DNA of 64,000 nt from Eledone cirrhosa (Eukaryota): assembly GCA_964016885.1 (NCBI GenBank), contig OZ024740.1, forward strand, positions 229,648,001-229,712,000, in the 5' to 3' direction. A program made the position numbers and the translations under genes. The notes under the pieces were generated by a model that made no database searches, had not been told where the DNA came from, and saw only the letters and a list, made by a program, of their open reading frames with translations. Shown piece by piece: positions 56,685 to 64,000 of this stretch. How positions within the stretch are numbered: the first letter of the stretch is position 1; each line of letters opens with the position of its first letter.

Positions 56685-58650
56685 AGAGAGGGTGGGTAGT
56701 AAACCCGGCTTCGGTGGGGCTCTGATCAACTTGGATCAGTCTAAGGCGTTCGATAGGGTCGACCATCGATACTTGGAAGCGGTTCTCAAGGCGGCCGGTT
56801 TCGGTCCCGTGTTCAGAGGATGGATCGAGGCGATGCACACCAGCATCTGCTCGAGGGTCAAGGTGAACGGCTACCTATCGGAGCCGTTCGCAATCACGCG
56901 TTCCATTCGACAAGGGAGCTCTCTCTCCTCCATTCTGTATGTATTGACTCTAGAGCCACTACTGCGGAAATTGGAGCTGTTGCAGGGCATCCCTCTAGAA
57001 CCGGGACTGCGCAAAGCGGCGTCGGCTTATGCCGATGACGTGACGGTAATGGTGTCGAGCACCTCGGAAATCGGGGTGATCGGCAATTTACTGAAAGAAT
57101 ATGAAACGCTGACGGGAGCAAAACTAAACCCGGACAAGTCTGTCGGTTTGCAACTCGGTACGTGGAGAGGCAAACCGATGACGTCCGACAGCGTCGTTGG
57201 ACGCTGGACGGACGGACCGGTGAAATTGCTCGGGGTCTGGTTCGGTCCAGACCTCCAGGTGGAGAAAAACTGGAACGAGGTCACGGCCAAGGTGTTTGCA
57301 CTCACCCAGAAGTGAGCAGAGTGCAAACTGTCCTTGAAAGGTCGAGCGGAGGTGGAGAACACTTTCATAGCGTCCGTCATCTACTACCGCTTGACTGTCG
57401 TGCCTTGTCCCCGTGAACACCTCGCCAAGATGGAACGCATGCTTTTCCAGTTTCTGTGGAAGAAGCAGGCTGCGCTGGTGAGGAGATCCGTCTGCTGTCA
57501 GCACCCTTCCAACGGAGGGCTGGGAATGCCGTGGTTGATGATGCGCAAACATGCGCTGAGGCTGCGGCATCTCCAGGTATTCCTCACCAACCCCCAGCCG
57601 GTGTGGGCACCGTTTGTGAGACAGGCTTTCCCACAGCTCGTCTCGCTGACGGAGCTGCAGTCCTGGGTGAAGAAAAGGCCGAAAAAGATGGGCGCCTGGC
57701 ACATTGAATGCGCTCAGGCGCTCACAGTCCTCTGGCAAGCGGGCGCAGCAATCAGTGGAGACTCCACTTCGACATTCTATAGAGGGATTGTACGTTACAA
57801 GTGCGACGACGTGCTCGGAGAGACTCTGGGCGTTGAAGACGATGAGCTCACCAGTCTATTTGGTAGGACTTTCCGCCCGGGGCCTATGGACAACTTCCAG
57901 AGGTCCCTGGCCTGGCAGTGCTACCGAGGAGCTCTATTGGTGGGCGACAAGATCTACAGGCAAGGACGCCCCAGCAGGAATTCTTCCAAGAGGACGTGTC
58001 CAAGATGCGTGCAGGACATTGAAACAGTCCTGCACGCAATTGTACACTGCCCGGGCGTAACTGACCTGTGGAACTATACAGAACAACTGCTGCCGCGTAT
58101 GGGACAAATCCAGTTGACTGCCGAGTCCATAGTAAGGATCAAACCGCCAGCCTCTTTCAAAAACGAAAGAGAGGCGGTTTTCCTCTGTACGCTGGCTATG
58201 GTGAAAGAAGTTATATGGTGGACGAGGTTGAGAGGACTGAGGACAGATGCCTTTCTCTCCGGACAACAAATTGATTCCCTTCTTTAAGTATCACTTTAGA
58301 AGGAGAATCAGGGTGGAGAGAGAAGCACTGCACCCCAGTAAATTTACTGAAAGGTGGGTGAATGAAGCAAAAATGGCCCGAGTGATTGGGCCTTCTCTGT
58401 TTATAAGCCTGTAGGTTGAGGAAGAGAGCAAAAGGAAGAAAGAGCACTTGCACAACACGCTCCTGGAGTTGAGGGTTGTTCTATCGACGGGGTATTAAAC
58501 AACCCATTTGTGGCGCCTCCCCCCTATTGGGGATTTCGATTGTTGTAATTGTTTGTTTTTTATATTTTTTACACGACTGTATGTAAAATCCCCGGCATGT
58601 CTTTGTATTGTCCCCTTTTCTTGTGCGCCCTTGTGGCTAATAAAGAAATA
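56685..58650 (+). mobile_element. L1/Tx1-like LINE, 5'-truncated (copy 2): RT and C-terminal zinc motif
   Basis: LDQSKAFDRVDH, RQGS.LS, YADD, GGLG, CPRC...H...HC; stop at 57313 and a frameshift near 58275. Confidence 0.9.
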
Positions 58651-58689
58651 TATCTATCTATATAGATTGATCTATCGATACACCTTTCT

Positions 58690-59490
58690 CTTTGTCACTC
58701 TGGCCGCGCTGCAAAGACTGTGAGCGGTCGGTTTCCCCGGCGCCTACTCGCAACCTTACGGGTCGGCGGCGGAACCGCCTAGCCGGCGGGTTGGATTCCT
58801 TTCCGCCGTCTACACGGGGCCTCGCCGAAGGAGGCTAGATGCCGGCGTATCGTCGTCGTCGTCGAAGCTACACCACGCCAGCGTTCGGGCGTCGTCGGCT
58901 GGATTCCCCGGCAGCGACGTGCAAACACACGGGTCGGCGGCGGCGGATTCGGCACGCATCGTCGGTGGAAGACGCATCGGCGGCGAGAGACGCGGCGGAG
59001 GCGGAGGGCGGGTGTTAACGTGCAGGCGGGGCGGACGAGTACTGGTCGGTATCTCGTTCGAGACGGAGACAGCCGACAGCGCATAGGGTAAGCTGACACG
59101 TACCCGTCTTGAAAACGGAAGATTCCCAAGCCGCAACGGATCGCACCCTTAACCGTTTTCTTCGAGCTGGTCCGATCAAGCTTACCCTATATAATAGACA
59201 AAACCCCCTGGCCGCGCTGCAAAGGCCGTGAGCGGTCGGTTTCGCCGGCGCCTACTTGCAACCTTACGGGTCGGCGGCGGAACCGCCTCGCCGGCGGGTT
59301 GCATTCTTTCCGCGGTGGACGCGGGAACGATCAAGAGAACGTTTACCAGCTGCCGGGCGGAAGGCGGAAGGCGGTGTCGTGTCGCGTATACACGCCGCCT
59401 TTCTACATGCCTTTCCCGGCAGCGACTCGCAAGCGTACGGGGCGGCGGCGCACCCGCCTAGCCGGCAGGTTGGATTCTTTCTCTCTTTGT
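58690..59490. other. GC-rich island with diverged direct repeats, origin unknown
   Basis: 58700-58805 repeated at 59209-59312; inverted ATAGGGTAAGCT/AGCTTACCCTAT at 59083 and 59179. Confidence 0.6.
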
Positions 59491-59754
59491 CTAACTATAC
59501 ATATATCTATATATCTATGTATCTATCTATCTAACTCTCTATCTATCTATCTCGAAGAAGATAGACGTGTTTTTGTTTCGCTCCTGCATTTTGTCGGAAT
59601 TTATTACGAGAAGCGGTAGGTTTGTTTAAGCTACTTGTTATTTGTTGTGCTTAACCCTCGCCTGAGCCTGCAGACGTTGGGTAAAATAAATTTCGCCCCT
59701 TTTTGGGGCGAAATTTGATAGTTATAAGTTATCGACAAAAGTCGTTTAGTGACA

Positions 59755-61600
59755 ATGGACGCCATTAACACCACGCATGCTACGGCCCCCAAGGAAAGTG
59801 ATAGAGAGAAGGTAGCAGCACAACGCTGTAAACCTTCCCTCCTCACTCCCGCAAAAGACACCACGGAATCAAAAGAAAAAATTGTGGAAATGGGTGAAAA
59901 CCCCAAAAGTAACAATTACACAAACAAGAACAACAATGACAATAACAACACAACCAACAACAGCAACAATGACAATAACAACACAACCAACAACATCAAC
60001 AATGACAATAACAACACAACCAACAACAGCAATAATGACAACATCAACAAAGGAAAAAAGCAAGCCAACACGAATAACAACAACAACAATGATAACAACA
60101 CGAAAGAAAACGGACCCACAGCTGCAGTCTCCTTCGCACAGGCGGTTCGAGAAACGCAGACATACAAGGCACTGGACATCTCGAATGCGAAGAAATTGCT
60201 GAAAGAAGCAAGGAATTGTGTAAGTTTCGAGGAAGGTGGGGAATTCACAATTACCTCCCCCGAAGAAATTAGAAGGGACACAGTCCTCAGAACCGTAATT
60301 TTTAGGACAGTTTCGAACGCGACTAGGAAACCGGCTCAATTGTCCCAAAGCGAAATTGAGATGGTCCTAAGTAGTGCCTGGAAGGATATCGCTTTCATAG
60401 AGAAAGGGAAACTGTATGGAAGCATATCTGTTTTAATGCAAGATGAATTGGCGGCACGGAAATATTCTGTGTCGCCAATTGTATCCAAAGCATAGACCTT
60501 TTTCCCCACATATTTGGGGAAAAGAACTCAAAAGATAAGAATCTCGGGCATCAGGCCAAATGTGAGCATTTGGTGGGTACTAACGGGATTCTTAGAAGAT
60601 GAGGACACAATCCTTTCGATAGGCGAATCCACCGGGGGCGTATTCGGCGGCAATAGCCTTGAAGTTCTGGTCCAAATGAGACCAGAACGGATAGCAAGAA
60701 TACCGCAGCGTGTGTTCCTGGATGGAGTCGCCTTCATAAACATTTCTGTTGAGGGCAGGCGGCCTTCATGCTACCACTGTTCAAGAAGTGGTCGCCTGAG
60801 GGCTTCCTGTCCCCTTTTAAATGCCCCCACCCCCCAACAACAAAAACCCCGCTTCTGCCCACCCCACACACAACAACACACCCACCCACCACCACCACAA
60901 CATCCACAACAACACGAAAAAATAACAACACAAGACACAGTCCCACCCAAACCCTTCCCACCTAAAACAAATACAAAAACAACCACAACAAAACCCCAAA
61001 ATATACCCCTCCCCAACAACACGGACGAGGACCCCCTTATCAACGTCACCCAGTGACGACGAGGGAGAACCCTTTCAACCGGTAAAAACAAAGAAAAGAA
61101 GGCACCACATCAACAAAAATACAACAAACACACAACCACCAGCACAAACAGAACAAACATCACAAACAAAAAAACCCACTCCTCCCGAAAACATAACACA
61201 TACTACAAAACGCAAACACACACAAGAACTACAAACAAAAACAAACACAACACAACAAAAACAATATACATACATCAACACAAACAACAAAACACTTGTG
61301 CAAACAATAGACAAAGACCCTTCGGTGGAAACCGAAGGGAAAATATTCACCAACGCGGCGACTAAACCGCATTTTAAAATGTTTAGGGTCCCAAAGGACA
61401 CCTACGCAATGCTCAAACAGAACTTTCCCGAGGACGTGGGGAACCCCTGTACTAGACCTAGCAACCGCGTCCTCTTGAAATGTTTCCCCACCACCACCCC
61501 AGACACGCCTCCCCCACCAAACACCCCCACCCCAGTGATGTCCCCACCACATCCCAAACCACCACCCTACCAAACAACCCCGCCGACACCCCCATGGAAA
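59755..61600 (+). pseudogene. LINE ORF1 (disrupted) with a degenerate zinc knuckle
   Basis: SFAQAV, CYHCSRSGRLRASC; stops at 60493 and 61054. Confidence 0.7.
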
Positions 61601-61678
61601 TTATGCAGCCTGGTCCCCAGGAGAAGGACAGGTAGGTGTATTTTCGTTTTTCTCCACTCTAAACTCTTCACCACCAAC

Positions 61679-64000
61679 ATGGCTGTTATAAGAGTTGGAT
61701 GTTTAAATGTGCGAGGCCTGGGGATGTCCTGGAAGCAGGGCAAACTCTTAAATGACCTCAGGTCGCACAGAATGGATGTGATAGCTATTTGCGAGTCCAG
61801 GATCAACAGCGAGCACCAACTGTCCCCCATCTTCGACGACTTTGAGATCTATGCATCTCTCTGTCAGCCGGGGGTGGGGTCGGGGTGGTCGTTCTGCTGC
61901 GAAAACACCTGGGCCTCGCAACACGGAAGGTACACCTGGACTCGGAGGGCCAACTGGTAGTCCTAGACGTCGGCAGTAGTGAAGGTGGAGCCTTCAGGCT
62001 GGTGGCAGCGTATACCCCATCTGGGACACCGCGACCGCACTTCTTCCAACGCCTAGAGACTTTTCTGGGAACGTTTCGCTCCTTGCTTTTAGTGGGGTCT
62101 GGAATGGTATCCTGGATGCACGTTGGGACTATGTAGGGGCATGTCCCGATAGAGGGAGGTGTAACAGCCTCAAACGGTTAATCGGCCGATTTGATCTGGC
62201 CGATAGATATTGACTAGATTTTCCGACTGTGCTACTGTGGACGTGGTCTAATCGCAGCGGAACATCTAGGTCGTACCTAGATAGGTTCCTAGTTAGAAAT
62301 AAGGATAGGGACATATTAAGCTGTCCACGAATGTTCATGGTTGACTATTCGGATCACAAGCTGGTGACCGGAGTGGTCAACTTTGATAGAACCCATAGAC
62401 AAGGACCCGGTTACTGGAAGCTAAACTTGTCCTTACCGACAAACAAAGCTTACAGTAAGCGGATTAGCACTCCAGTTAAGCAGCGGTTGACGGGGGCAAT
62501 TGTCAACAGCAGGTGGTGGGGCTCTCTCAAGAGAGAAATTAGAATAGAATCGATAGGTTTTACTCAGGAATTAGAATTAGATAGGAATAGAACTGAAAGG
62601 GAATTGATAGATAGAGTAGAAGAGGCGATTAGGAGTGGCAACGTGGCCGGCGGGCTGGCGTCAAGAACGGCCCTAGACCAGTTCTTTGACGCGAAGCACG
62701 GGGGCTGCGTTGTCAGGAGTAAAATACGTGCTCTGGGTAACGAGGGAGCCAAAGCTGTTAGCTGGGCCCGAGTGACAGAGGAAAAAAGGGGAAACAAGTC
62801 CACGATTCGGTCTTTGAAGGACCAGGATGGAGGCGTGATCCTTGAACCTAAGCGGATGTGCGCGGCCTTTCAACGGCGCTTTGCACGATTGTTCGGGAGG
62901 GGCGGCGGGCCGGGTGAGGCCATGGATTTCGGTCCATACCACGACGGTCTGCCGCGGCTCTCGGACGGGGAGGCGAAGTTCTGCGAAAGGCCGATTTCAG
63001 CCGCTGAGATAGGGGAAGCGCTGAGCCAATGCGGCAAACGCCAATCTCCCGGTCTCGATGGTCTACCATACGAACTTTATGTAGCGATGCCGGACTTGTT
63101 CTCCAATCTCCTCGAGGCGGTCTACTGCAAGTGGCAACAGAACGGGAGAATTCCCAGTTCTGTGACCAAGGGCGTAGTCACGCTGGTGAGGAAGGACGAG
63201 AACACGGGGAGTGACATAGATAACTTCAGGCCCATAACTCTGCTAAACACAGAGTTAAAGATTTTGGCCAAGGTGTTAGCGAAGAGGTTGGCGCTTGTCG
63301 TTGGGAACCTGGTGGGAGAAGCGTAGACATGCGCAATCCCGTCCAGGTCCATACACGACAACCTCCACCTCATGCGATACATCGTAGAGAGGGTAGAGAA
63401 CGAACCGGCTTTGGTGGGGCCCTGATCAACTTGGATCAATCTAAGGCGTTCGTTAGGGTCGACCATCGGTACCTGGATGCGGTGCTCGCAGCAGCAGGCT
63501 TCGGACCCATTTTCAGGGGCTGGATTGCTGTAATGCACAGCAGCAACACCTGCTCGAGGGTCAAGGTGAACGGCTACCTCTCGGAGCCGTCCAAATCGCA
63601 CGATCCATCCGACAGGGATGCCCTCTCTCCTCCCTTCTGTATGTGCTGGCTCTCGAGCCACTACTGCAGAAGTTGGAGCTCTTGCAGGGAATCGCCTTGG
63701 AACTGGGATTGCGGAATGTGATGTCGGCCTATGCAGATGACGTGACAGTAATGGTGTCGTGCGCCTCGGAATTCGGGCAGATCGGCACCTTACTGGAGGA
63801 ATACGAAAGGTTTACAGGAGCCAAGCTGAACTGGGACAAGTCCGTCGGTTTGCAACTCGGAACGTGGAGAGGCAGACCGATGCCCTCCGACGGCGTCGTC
63901 GGACGCTGGACCGAGGGACCGGTGAAGCTGCTCGGGGTCTGGTTCGGACCGGACCTCCAGGTGGTGAAAAACTTGGACGAGGCAACGGGCAGGGTGTTTG
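61679..64000 (+). pseudogene. LINE ORF2 APE endonuclease + RT (disrupted)
   Basis: LNVRGL, TWSN, SYLDR, SDH, GYWKLN, SPGLDGLP, FRPITLLN, LDQSKAF, YADD (63730). Confidence 0.9.

Larger units (their letters stand above)
59530..64000 (+). mobile_element. L1/Tx1-like LINE, near full length, runs off the window (copy 3)
   Basis: 5' UTR after (TATC)n, then ORF1 and ORF2 (APE + RT). Confidence 0.92.

Noticed and set aside
59100-59135. 28S rRNA gene, 7SK or twister ribozyme call
   Set aside because: Only short motif resemblances; the flanks do not continue the expected sequence or fold

Overview
Repeat-dominated, AT-rich animal genomic DNA. The SINE families and (TA)n/(CA)n/(CT)n/(ACC)n load suggest a coleoid cephalopod (octopus-like); this is inferred, not proven. 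No host gene is securely identified, and almost all ORF-track entries are microsatellite translations. Recognisable elements: a 4.75-kb head-to-head fold-back Penelope-like retroelement (RT YRDD + C-terminal GIY-YIG), two further PLE remnants, an IR/DR-type Tc1 (DD34E), a deleted mariner, Helitron-like ends, three tandem L1/Tx1-like LINE copies, many tRNA-derived SINEs and three minisatellites (10, 40, 13 bp). The main finding is about 25 type-I hammerhead ribozyme (HHR) motifs read by eye. Seven lie in a near-perfect 466-bp tandem array (23108-26292) that has one minimal HHR per monomer, folds as a highly structured RNA and is split into two divergent arms: a candidate cephalopod retrozyme/circular-RNA element beside a possible PLE helper. 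Most other HHRs sit in short fold-back inserts within (TA)n tracts, including a set with a compensatory U3:A8 core. All folds and motif calls are by manual inspection and have not been computed.
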